From the NCBI GenBank assembly GCA_964057225.1, contig CAXKVF010000096.1, positions 42,692 to 106,691 of the forward strand: 64,000 nucleotides of DNA, read 5' to 3'. The position numbers were made by a program, and so were the translations under genes. Each line of letters starts with the position of its first letter. The first letter of the stretch is position 1. The notes below the pieces were generated by a model. That model searched no databases. It saw only the letters and a program-made list of their open reading frames with translations, and was not told the origin of the DNA. The DNA comes from Auanema rhodensis. Lineage: Eukaryota; Animalia; Nematoda. This document shows positions 41,888-55,791 of the stretch, piece by piece.

Positions 41888-44800
41888 ATTTTTATTGATA
41901 TTGGTTCATGGTAACCATGACTTTGAAATTTACGTGAACTTTAATTTATGCTAATTAAATGTACACGTGATGTGCACTTGGTATGTAACTCGCTTCACGT
42001 GAAAGATAAAGAGATGCGGTTTTCAAAATTAGATTCCCCATGTCCATATTAGTCTAAAAACAAATTTTTATTGATATTGGTGCATGGTAACCATGACTTT
42101 GAAATTTACGTGAACTTTAATTTATGCTAATTAAATGTACACGTGATGTGCACTTGGTATGTAACTCGCTTCACGTGAAAGATAAAGAGATGCGGTTTTC
42201 AAAATTAGATTCCCCATGTCCATATTAGTCTAAAAACAAATTTTTATTGATATTGGTGCATGGTAACCATGACTTTGAAATTTACGTGAACTTTAATTTA
42301 TGCTAATTAAATGTACACGTGATGTGCACTTGGTATGTAACTCGCTTCACGTGAAAGATAAAGAGATGCGGTTTTCAAAATTAGATTCCCCATGTCCATA
42401 TTAGTCTAAAAACAAATTTTTATTGATATTGGTTCATGGTAACCATGACTTTGAAATTTACGTGAACTTTAATTTATGCTAATTAAATGTACACGTGATG
42501 TGCACTTGGTATGTAACTCGCTTCACGTGAAAGATAAAGAGATGCGGTTTTCAAAATTAGATTCCCCATGTCCATATTAGTCTAAAAACAAATTTTTATT
42601 GATATTGGTTCATGGTAACCATGACTTTGAAATTTACGTGAACTTTAATTTATGCTAATTAAATGTACACGTGATGTGCACTTGGTATGTAACTCGCTTC
42701 ACGTGAAAGATGAAGAGATGCGGTTTTCAAAATTAGATTCCCCATGTCCATATTAGTCTAAAAACAAATTTTTATTGATATTGGTTCATGGTAACCATGA
42801 CTTTGAAATTTACGTGAACTTTAATTTATGCTAATTAAATGTACACGTGATGTGCACTTGGTATGTAACTCGCTTCACGTGAAAGATGAAGAGATGCGGT
42901 TTTCAAAATTAGATTCCCCATGTCCATATTAGTCTAAAAACAAATTTTTATTGATATTGGTTCATGGTAACCATGACTTTGAAATTTACGTGAACTTTAA
43001 TTTATGCTAATTAAATGTACACGTGATGTGCACTTGGTATGTAACTCGCTTCACGTGAAAGATAAAGAGATGCGGTTTTCAAAATTAGATTCCCCATGTC
43101 CATATTAGTCTAAAAACAAATTTTTATTGATATTGGTTCATGGTAACCATGACTTTGAATTTTACGTGAACTTTAATTTATGCTAATTAAATGTACACGT
43201 GATGTGCACTTGGTATGTAACTCGCTTTACGTGAAAGATAAAGAGATGCGGTTTTCAAAATTAGATTCCCTATGTCCATATTAGTCTAAAAACAAATTTT
43301 TATTGATATTGGTTCATGGTAACCATGACTTTGAAATTTACGTGAACTTTAATTTATGCTAATTAAATGTACACGTGATGTGCACTTGGTATGTAACTCG
43401 CTTCACGTGAAAGATAAAGAGATGCGGTTTTCAAAATTAGATTCCCTATGTCCATATTAGTCTAAAAACAAATTTTTATTGATATTGGTTCATGGTAACC
43501 ATGACTTTGAATTTTACGTGAACTTTAATTTATGCTAATTAAATGTACACGTGATGTGCACTTGGTATGTAACTCGCTTCACGTGAAAGATAAAGAGATG
43601 CGGTTTTCAAAATTAGATTCCCCATGTCCATATTAGTCTAAAAACAAATTTTTATTGATATTGGTTCATGGTAACCATGACTTTGAAATTTACGTGAACT
43701 TTAATTTATGCTAATTAAATGTACACGTGATGTGCACTTGGTATGTAACTCGCTTCACGTGAAAGATAAAGAGATGCGGTTTTCAAAATTAGATTCCCCA
43801 TGTCCATATTAGTCTAAAAACAAATTTTTTTTGATATTGGTTCATGGTAACCATGACTTTGAAATTTACGTGAACTTTAATTTATGCTAATTAAATGTAC
43901 ACGTGATGTGCACTTGGTATGTAACTCGCTTTACGTGAAAGATAAAGAGATGCGGTTTTCAAAATTAGATTCCCTATGTCCATATTAGTCTAAAAACAAA
44001 TTTTTATTGATATTGGTTCATGGTAACCATGACTTTGAAATTTACGTGAACTTTAATTTATGCTAATTAAATGTACACGTGATGTGCACTTGGTATGTAA
44101 CTCGCTTCACGTGAAAGATAAAGAGATGCGGTTTTCAAAATTAGATTCCCCATGTCCATATTAGTCTAAAAACAAATTTTTATTGATATTGGTTCATGGT
44201 AACCATGACTTTGAAATTTACGTGAACTTTAATTTATGCTAATTAAATGTACACGTGATGTGCACTTGGTATGTAACTCGCTTCACGTGAAAGATAAAGA
44301 GATGCGGTTTTCAAAATTAGATTCCCCATGTCCATATTAGTCTAAAAACAAATTTTTATTGATATTGGTTCATGGTAACCATGACTTTGAATTTTACGTG
44401 AACTTTAATTTATGCTAATTGAATGTACACGTGATGTGCACTTGGTATGTAACTCGCTTCACGTGAAAGATAAAGAGATGCGGTTTTCAAAATTAGATTT
44501 CCCATGTCCATATTAGTCTAAAAACAAATTTTTATTGATATTGGTGCATGGTAACCATGACTTTGAAATTTACGTGAACTTTAATTTATGCTAATTAAAT
44601 GTACACGTGATGTGCACTTGGTATGTAACTCGCTTCACGTGAAAGATGAAGAGATGCGGTTTTCAAAATTAGATTCCCCATGTCCATATTAGTCTAAAAA
44701 CAAATTTTTATTGATATTGGTGCATGGTAACCATGACTTTGAAATTTACGTGAACTTTAATTTATGCTAATTAAATGTACACGTGATGTGCACTTGGTAT

Positions 44801-47800
44801 GTAACTCGCTTCACGTGAAAGATAAAGAGATGCGGTTTTCAAAATTAGATTCCCCATGTCCATATTAGTCTAAAAACAAATTTTTTTTGATATTGGTTCA
44901 TGGTAACCATGACTTTGAAATTTACGTGAACTTTAATTTATGCTAATTAAATGTACACGTGATGTGCACTTGGTATGTAACTCGCTTTACGTGAAAGATA
45001 AAGAGATGCGGTTTTCAAAATTAGATTCCCTATGTCCATATTAGTCTAAAAACAAATTTTTATTGATATTGGTTCATGGTAACCATGACTTTGAAATTTA
45101 CGTGAACTTTAATTTATGCTAATTAAATGTACACGTGATGTGCACTTGGTATGTAACTCGCTTCACGTGAAAGATAAAGAGATGCGGTTTTCAAAATTAG
45201 ATTCCCCATGTCCATATTAGTCTAAAAACAAATTTTTTTTGATATTGGTTCATGGTAACCATGACTTTGAAATTTACGTGAACTTTAATTTATGCTAATT
45301 AAATGTACACGTGATGTGCACTTGGTATGTAACTCGCTTTACGTGAAAGATAAAGAGATGCGGTTTTCAAAATTAGATTCCCTATGTCCATATTAGTCTA
45401 AAAACAAATTTTTATTGATATTGGTTCATGGTAACCATGACTTTGAAATTTACGTGAACTTTAATTTATGCTAATTAAATGTACACGTGATGTGCACTTG
45501 GTATGTAACTCGCTTCACGTGAAAGATAAAGAGATGCGGTTTTCAAAATTAGATTCCCTATGTCCATATTAGTCTAAAAACAAATTTTTATTGATATTGG
45601 TTCATGGTAACCATGACTTTGAAATTTACGTGAACTTTAATTTATGCTAATTAAATGTACACGTGATGTGCACTTGGTATGTAACTCGCTTCACGTGAAA
45701 GATAAAGAGATGCGGTTTTCAAAATTAGATTCCCCATGTCCATATTAGTCTAAAAACAAATTTTTTTTGATATTGGTTCATGGTAACCATGACTTTGAAA
45801 TTTACGTGAACTTTAATTTATGCTAATTAAATGTACACGTGATGTGCACTTGGTATGTAACTCGCTTTACGTGAAAGATAAAGAGATGCGGTTTTCAAAA
45901 TTAGATTCCCTATGTCCATATTAGTCTAAAAACAAATTTTTATTGATATTGGTTCATGGTAACCATGACTTTGAAATTTACGTGAACTTTAATTTATGCT
46001 AATTAAATGTACACGTGATGTGCACTTGGTATGTAACTCGCTTCACGTGAAAGATAAAGAGATGCGGTTTTCAAAATTAGATTCCCCATGTCCATATTAG
46101 TCTAAAAACAAATTTTTATTGATATTGGTTCATGGTAACCATGACTTTGAATTTTACGTGAACTTTAATTTATGCTAATTGAATGTACACGTGATGTGCA
46201 CTTGGTATGTAACTCGCTTCACGTGAAAGATAAAGAGATGCGGTTTTCAAAATTAGATTCCCCATGTCCATATTAGTCTAAAAACAAATTTTTATTGATA
46301 TTGGTTCATGGTAACCATGACTTTGAATTTTACGTGAACTTTAATTTATGCTAATTGAATGTACACGTGATGTGCACTTGGTATGTAACTCGCTTCACGT
46401 GAAAGATAAAGAGATGCGGTTTTCAAAATTAGATTCCCCATGTCCATATTAGTCTAAAAACAAATTTTTATTGATATTGGTGCATGGTAACCATGACTTT
46501 GAAATTTACGTGAACTTTAATTTATGCTAATTAAATGTACACGTGATGTGCACTTGGTATGTAACTCGCTTCACGTGAAAGATAAAGAGATGCGGTTTTC
46601 AAAATTAGATTCCCCATGTCCATATTAGTCTAAAAACAAATTTTTATTGATATTGGTTCATGGTAACCATGACTTTGAAATTTACGTGAACTTTAATTTA
46701 TGCTAATTAAATGTACACGTGATGTGCACTTGGTATGTAACTCGCTTCACGTGAAAGATAAAGAGATGCGGTTTTCAAAATTAGATTCCCCATGTCCATA
46801 TTAGTCTAAAAACAAATTTTTATTGATATTGGTTCATGGTAACCATGACTTTGAAATTTACGTGAACTTTAATTTATGCTAATTAAATGTACACGTGATG
46901 TGCACTTGGTATGTAACTCGCTTCACGTGAAAGATAAAGAGATGCGGTTTTCAAAATTAGATTCCCCATGTCCATATTAGTCTAAAAACAAATTTTTATT
47001 GATATTGGTTCATGGTAACCATGACTTTGAAATTTACGTGTACTTTAATTTATGCTAATTAAATGTACACGTGATGTGCACTTGGTATGTAACTCGCTTC
47101 ACGTGAAAGATAAAGAGATGCGGTTTTCAAAATTAGATTCCCCATGTCCAAATTAGTCTAAAAACAAATTTTTATTGATATTGGTTCATGGTAACCATGA
47201 CTTTGAATTTTACGTGAACTTTAATTTATGCTAATTAAATGTACACGTGATGTGCACTTGGTATGTAACTCGCTTCACGTGAAAGATAAAGAGATGCGGT
47301 TTTCAAAATTAGATTCCCCATGTCCATATTAGTCTAAAAACAAATTTTTATTGATATTGGTGCATGGTAACCATGACTTTGAAATTTACTTGAACTTTAA
47401 TTTATGCTAATTAAATGTACACGTGATGTACACTTGGTATGTAACTCGCTTCACGTGAAAGATAAAGAGATGCAGTTTTCAAAATTAGATTCCCCATGTC
47501 CATATTAGTCTAAAAACAAATTTTTTTTGATATTGGTTCATGGTAACCATGACTTTGAAATTTACGTGAACTTTAATTTATGCTAATTAAATGTACACGT
47601 GATGTGCACTTGGTATGTAACTCGCTTTACGTGAAAGATAAAGAGATGCGGTTTTCAAAATTAGATTCCCTATGTCCATATTAGTCTAAAAACAAATTTT
47701 TATTGATATTGGTTCATGGTAACCATGACTTTGAAATTTACGTGAACTTTAATTTATGCTAATTAAATGTACACGTGATGTGCACTTGGTATGTAACTCG

Positions 47801-49455
47801 CTTCACGTGAAAGATAAAGAGATGCGGTTTTCAAAATTAGATTCCCCATGTCCATATTAGTCTAAAAACAAATTTTTATTGATATTGGTTCATGGTAACC
47901 ATGACTTTGAAATTTACGTGAACTTTAATTTATGCTAATTAAATGTACACGTGATGTGCACTTGGTATGTAACTCGCTTCACGTGAAAGATAAAGAGATG
48001 CGGTTTTCAAAATTAGATTCCCCATGTCCATATTAGTCTAAAAACAAATTTTTATTGATATTGGTTCATGGTAACCATGACTTTGAAATTTACGTGAACT
48101 TTAATTTATGCTAATTAAATGTACACGTGATGTGCACTTGGTATGTAACTCGCTTCACGTGAAAGATAAAGAGATGCGGTTTTCAAAATTAGATTCCCCA
48201 TGTCCATATTAGTCTAAAAACAAATTTTTATTGATATTGGTTCATGGTAACCATGACTTTGAATTTTACGTGAACTTTAATTTATGCTAATTGAATGTAC
48301 ACGTGATGTGCACTTGGTATGTAACTCGCTTCACGTGAAAGATAAAGAGATGCGGTTTTCAAAATTAGATTCCCCATGTCCATATTAGTCTAAAAACAAA
48401 TTTTTATTGATATTGGTGCATGGTAACCATGACTTTGAAATTTACGTGAACTTTAATTTATGCTAATTAAATGTACACGTGATGTGCACTTGGTATGTAA
48501 CTCGCTTCACTTGAAAGATGAAGAGATGCGGTTTTCAAAATTAGATTCCCCATGTCCATATTAGTCTAAAAACAAATTTTTATTGATATTGGTTCATGGT
48601 AACCATGACTTTGAAATTTACGTGAACTTTAATTTATGCTAATTAAATGTACACGTGATGTGCACTTGGTATGTAACTCGCTTCACGTGAAAGATAAAGA
48701 GATGCGGTTTTCAAAATTAGATTCCCCATGTCCATATTAGTCTAAAAACAAATTTTTATTGATATTGGTTCATGGTAACCATGACTTTGAATTTTACGTG
48801 AACTTTAATTTATGCTAATTGAATGTACACGTGATGTGCACTTGGTATGTAACTCGCTTCACGTGAAAGATAAAGAGATGCGGTTTTCAAAATTAGATTC
48901 CCCATGTCCATATTAGTCTAAAAACAAATTTTTATTGATATTGGTGCATGGTAACCATGACTTTGAAATTTACGTGAACTTTAATTTATGCTAATTAAAT
49001 GTACACGTGATGTGCACTTGGTATGTAACTCGCTTCACGTGAAAGATAAAGAGATGCGGTTTTCAAAATTAGATTCCCCATGTCCATATTAGTCTAAAAA
49101 CAAATTTTTATTGATATTGGTTCATGGTAACCATGACTTTGAAATTTACGTGAACTTTAATTTATGCTAATTAAATGTACACGTGATGTGCACTTGGTAT
49201 GTAACTCGCTTCACGTGAAAGATAAAGAGATGCGGTTTTCAAAATTAGATTCCCCATGTCCATATTAGTCTAAAAACAAATTTTTATTGATATTGGTGCA
49301 TGGTAACCATGACTTTGAAATTTACGTGAACTTTAATTTATGCTAATTAAATGTACACGTGATGTGCACTTGGTATGTAACTCGCTTCACGTGAAAGATA
49401 AAGAGATGCGGTTTTCAAAATTAGATTCCCCATGTCCATATTAGTCTAAAAACAA

Positions 49456-52400
49456 ATTTTTATTGATATTGGTTCATGGTAACCATGACTTTGAAATTTA
49501 CGTGAACTTTAATTTATGCTAATTAAATGTACACGTGATGTGCACTTGGTATGTAACTCGCTTCACGTGAAAGATAAAGAGATGCGGTTTTCAAAATTAG
49601 ATTCCCCATGTCCATATTAGTCTAAAAACAAATTTTTATTGATATTGGTTCATGGTAACCATGACTTTGAAATTTACGTGAACTTTAATTTATGCTAATT
49701 AAATGTACACGTGATGTGCACTTGGTATGTAACTCGCTTCACGTGAAAGATAAAGAGATGCGGTTTTCAAAATTAGATTCCCCATGTCCATATTAGTCTA
49801 AAAACAAATTTTTATTGATATTGGTGCATGGTAACCATGACTTTGAAATTTACGTGAACTTTAATTTATGCTAATTAAATGTACACGTGATGTGCACTTG
49901 GTATGTAACTCGCTTCACGTGAAAGATGAAGAGATGCGGTTTTCAAAATTAGATTCCCCATGTCCATATTAGTCTAAAAACAAATTTTTATTGATATTGG
50001 TTCATGGTAACCATGACTTTGAAATTTACGTGAACTTTAATTTATGCTAATTAAATGTACACGTGATGTGCACTTGGTATGTAACTCGCTTCACGTGAAA
50101 GATAAAGAGATGCGGTTTTCAAAATTAGATTCCCCATGTCCATATTAGTCTAAAAACAAATTTTTATTGATATTGGTTCATGGTAACCATGACTTTGAAA
50201 TTTACGTGAACTTTAATTTATGCTAATTAAATGTACACGTGATGTGCACTTGGTATGTAACTCGCTTCACGTGAAAGATAAAGAGATGCGGTTTTCAAAA
50301 TTAGATTCCCCATGTCCATATTAGTCTAAAAACAAATTTTTATTGATATTGGTTCATGGTAACCATGACTTTGAATTTTACGTGAACTTTAATTTATGCT
50401 AATTGAATGTACACGTGATGTGCACTTGGTATGTAACTCGCTTCACGTGAAAGATAAAGAGATGCGGTTTTCAAAATTAGATTCCCCATGTCCATATTAG
50501 TCTAAAAACAAATTTTTATTGATATTGGTGCATGGTAACCATGACTTTGAAATTTACGTGAACTTTAATTTATGCTAATTAAATGTACACGTGATGTGCA
50601 CTTGGTATGTAACTCGCTTCACGTGAAAGATGAAGAGATGCGGTTTTCAAAATTAGATTCCCCATGTCCATATTAGTCTAAAAACAAATTTTTATTGATA
50701 TTGGTTCATGGTAACCATGACTTTGAAATTTACGTGAACTTTAATTTATGCTAATTAAATGTACACGTGATGTGCACTTGGTATGTAACTCGCTTCACGT
50801 GAAAGATAAAGAGATGCGGTTTTCAAAATTAGATTCCCCATGTCCATATTAGTCTAAAAACAAATTTTTATTGATATTGGTTCATGGTAACCATGACTTT
50901 GAATTTTACGTGAACTTTAATTTATGCTAATTGAATGTACACGTGATGTGCACTTGGTATGTAACTCGCTTCACGTGAAAGATAAAGAGATGCGGTTTTC
51001 AAAATTAGATTCCCCATGTCCATATTAGTCTAAAAACAAATTTTTATTGATATTGGTGCATGGTAACCATGACTTTGAAATTTACGTGAACTTTAATTTA
51101 TGCTAATTAAATGTACACGTGATGTGCACTTGGTATGTAACTCGCTTCACGTGAAAGATAAAGAGATGCGGTTTTCAAAATTAGATTTCCCATGTCCATA
51201 TTAGTCTAAAAACAAATTTTTATTGATATTGGTTCATGGTAACCATGACTTTGAAATTTACGTGAACTTTAATTTATGCTAATTAAATGTACACGTGATG
51301 TGCACTTGGTATGTAACTCGCTTCACGTGAAAGATAAAGAGATGCGGTTTTCAAAATTAGATTCCCCATGTCCATATTAGTCTAAAAACAAATTTTTATT
51401 GATATTGGTTCATGGTAACCATGACTTTGAAATTTACGTGAACTTTAATTTATGCTAATTAAATGTACACGTGATGTGCACTTGGTATGTAACTCGCTTC
51501 ACGTGAAAGATAAAGAGATGCGGTTTTCAAAATTAGATTCCCCATGTCCATATTAGTCTAAAAACAAATTTTTATTGATATTGGTGCATGGTAACCATGA
51601 CTTTGAAATTTACGTGAACTTTAATTTATGCTAATTAAATGTACACGTGATGTGCACTTGGTATGTAACTCGCTTCACGTGAAAGATGAAGAGATGCGGT
51701 TTTCAAAATTAGATTCCCCATGTCCATATTAGTCTAAAAACAAATTTTTATTGATATTGGTTCATGGTAACCATGACTTTGAAATTTACGTGAACTTTAA
51801 TTTATGCTAATTAAATGTACACGTGATGTGCACTTGGTATGTAACTCGCTTCACGTGAAAGATAAAGAGATGCGGTTTTCAAAATTAGATTCCCCATGTC
51901 CATATTAGTCTAAAAACAAATTTTTATTGATATTGGTTCATGGTAACCATGACTTTGAAATTTACGTGAACTTTAATTTATGCTAATTAAATGTACACGT
52001 GATGTGCACTTGGTATGTAACTCGCTTCACGTGAAAGATGAAGAGATGCGGTTTTCAAAATTAGATTCCCCATGTCCATATTAGTCTAAAAACAAATTTT
52101 TATTGATATTGGTGCATGGTAACCATGACTTTGAAATTTACGTGAACTTTAATTTATGCTAATTAAATGTACACGTGATGTGCACTTGGTATGTAACTCG
52201 CTTCACGTGAAAGATGAAGAGATGCGGTTTTCAAAATTAGATTCCCCATGTCCATATTAGTCTAAAAACAAATTTTTATTGATATTGGTTCATGGTAACC
52301 ATGACTTTGAAATTTACGTGAACTTTAATTTATGCTAATTAAATGTACACGTGATGTGCACTTGGTATGTAACTCGCTTCACGTGAAAGATAAAGAGATG

Positions 52401-55400
52401 CGGTTTTCAAAATTAGATTCCCCATGTCCATATTAGTCTAAAAACAAATTTTTATTGATATTGGTTCATGGTAACCATGACTTTGAATTTTACGTGAACT
52501 TTAATTTATGCTAATTGAATGTACACGTGATGTGCACTTGGTATGTAACTCGCTTCACGTGAAAGATAAAGAGATGCGGTTTTCAAAATTAGATTCCCCA
52601 TGTCCATATTAGTCTAAAAACAAATTTTTATTGATATTGGTTCATGGTAACCATGACTTTGAAATTTACGTGAACTTTAATTTATGCTAATTAAATGTAC
52701 ACGTGATGTGCACTTGGTATGTAACTCGCTTTACGTGAAAGATAAAGAGATGCGGTTTTCAAAATTAGATTCCCCATGTCCATATTAGTCTAAAAACAAA
52801 TTTTTATTGATATTGGTTCATGGTAACCATGACTTTGAAATTTACGTGAACTTTAATTTATGCTAATTAAATGTACACGTGATGTGCACTTGGTATGTAA
52901 CTCGCTTCACGTGAAAGATAAAGAGATGCGGTTTTCAAAATTAGATTCCCCATGTCCATATTAGTCTAAAAACAAATTTTTATTGATATTGGTGCATGGT
53001 AACCATGACTTTGAAATTTACGTGAACTTTAATTTATGCTAATTAAATGTACACGTGATGTGCACTTGGTATGTAACTCGCTTCACGTGAAAGATGAAGA
53101 GATGCGGTTTTCAAAATTAGATTCCCCATGTCCATATTAGTCTAAAAACAAATTTTTATTGATATTGGTTCATGGTAACCATGACTTTGAAATTTACGTG
53201 AACTTTAATTTATGCTAATTAAATGTACACGTGATGTGCACTTGGTATGTAACTCGCTTCACGTGAAAGATAAAGAGATGCGGTTTTCAAAATTAGATTC
53301 CCCATGTCCATATTAGTCTAAAAACAAATTTTTATTGATATTGGTTCATGGTAACCATGACTTTGAAATTTACGTGAACTTTAATTTATGCTAATTAAAT
53401 GTACACGTGATGTGCACTTGGTATGTAACTCGCTTCACGTGAAAGATAAAGAGATGCGGTTTTCAAAATTAGATTCCCCATGTCCATATTAGTCTAAAAA
53501 CAAATTTTTATTGATATTGGTTCATGGTAACCATGACTTTGAATTTTACGTGAACTTTAATTTATGCTAATTGAATGTACACGTGATGTGCACTTGGTAT
53601 GTAACTCGCTTCACGTGAAAGATAAAGAGATGCGGTTTTCAAAATTAGATTCCCCATGTCCATATTAGTCTAAAAACAAATTTTTATTGATATTGGTGCA
53701 TGGTAACCATGACTTTGAAATTTACGTGAACTTTAATTTATGCTAATTAAATGTACACGTGATGTGCACTTGGTATGTAACTCGCTTCACGTGAAAGATG
53801 AAGAGATGCGGTTTTCAAAATTAGATTCCCCATGTCCATATTAGTCTAAAAACAAATTTTTATTGATATTGGTTCATGGTAACCATGACTTTGAAATTTA
53901 CGTGAACTTTAATTTATGCTAATTAAATGTACACGTGATGTGCACTTGGTATGTAACTCGCTTCACGTGAAAGATAAAGAGATGCGGTTTTCAAAATTAG
54001 ATTCCCCATGTCCATATTAGTCTAAAAACAAATTTTTATTGATATTGGTTCATGGTAACCATGACTTTGAATTTTACGTGAACTTTAATTTATGCTAATT
54101 GAATGTACACGTGATGTGCACTTGGTATGTAACTCGCTTCACGTGAAAGATAAAGAGATGCGGTTTTCAAAATTAGATTCCCCATGTCCATATTAGTTTA
54201 AAAACAAATTTTTATTGATATTGGTGCATGGTAACCATGACTTTGAAATTTACGTGAACTTTAATTTATGCTAATTAAATGTACACGTGATGTGCACTTG
54301 GTATGTAACTCGCTTCACGTGAAAGATAAAGAGATGCGGTTTTCAAAATTAGATTCCCCATGTCCATATTAGTCTAAAAACAAATTTTTATTGATATTGG
54401 TTCATGGTAACCATGACTTTGAAATTTACGTGAACTTTAATTTATGCTAATTAAATGTACACGTGATGTGCACTTGGTATGTAACTCGCTTCACGTGAAA
54501 GATAAAGAGATGCGGTTTTCAAAATTAGATTCCCCATGTCCATATTAGTCTAAAAACAAATTTTTATTGATATTGGTTCATGGTAACCATGACTTTGAAA
54601 TTTACGTGAACTTTAATTTATGCTAATTAAATGTACACGTGATGTGCACTTGGTATGTAACTCGCTTCACGTGAAAGATAAAGAGATGCGGTTTTCAAAA
54701 TTAGATTCCCCATGTCCATATTAGTCTAAAAACAAATTTTTATTGATATTGGTGCATGGTAACCATGACTTTGAAATTTACGTGAACTTTAATTTATGCT
54801 AATTAAATGTACACGTGATGTGCACTTGGTATGTAACTCGCTTCACGTGAAAGATGAAGAGATGCGGTTTTCAAAATTAGATTCCCCATGTCCATATTAG
54901 TCTAAAAACAAATTTTTATTGATATTGGTTCATGGTAACCATGACTTTGAAATTTACGTGAACTTTAATTTATGCTAATTAAATGTACACGTGATGTGCA
55001 CTTGGTATGTAACTCGCTTCACGTGAAAGATAAAGAGATGCGGTTTTCAAAATTAGATTCCCCATGTCCATATTAGTCTAAAAACAAATTTTTATTGATA
55101 TTGGTTCATGGTAACCATGACTTTGAAATTTACGTGAACTTTAATTTATGCTAATTAAATGTACACGTGATGTGCACTTGGTATGTAACTCGCTTCACGT
55201 GAAAGATGAAGAGATGCGGTTTTCAAAATTAGATTCCCCATGTCCATATTAGTCTAAAAACAAATTTTTATTGATATTGGTGCATGGTAACCATGACTTT
55301 GAAATTTACGTGAACTTTAATTTATGCTAATTAAATGTACACGTGATGTGCACTTGGTATGTAACTCGCTTCACGTGAAAGATGAAGAGATGCGGTTTTC

Positions 55401-55791
55401 AAAATTAGATTCCCCATGTCCATATTAGTCTAAAAACAAATTTTTATTGATATTGGTTCATGGTAACCATGACTTTGAAATTTACGTGAACTTTAATTTA
55501 TGCTAATTAAATGTACACGTGATGTGCACTTGGTATGTAACTCGCTTCACGTGAAAGATAAAGAGATGCGGTTTTCAAAATTAGATTCCCCATGTCCATA
55601 TTAGTCTAAAAACAAATTTTTATTGATATTGGTTCATGGTAACCATGACTTTGAATTTTACGTGAACTTTAATTTATGCTAATTGAATGTACACGTGATG
55701 TGCACTTGGTATGTAACTCGCTTCACGTGAAAGATAAAGAGATGCGGTTTTCAAAATTAGATTCCCCATGTCCATATTAGTCTGAAAACAA
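49456..55791. repeat. 18-monomer (3168 bp) tandem block duplication: 49456-52623 and 52624-55791
   Basis: The ordered pattern is the same in both copies: G19+G121 at 49808/52976, T41+G70 at 50336/53504, 50864/54032 and 52448/55616, and G121 at 51920/55088. Four private substitutions were seen between the copies. Confidence 0.8.
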
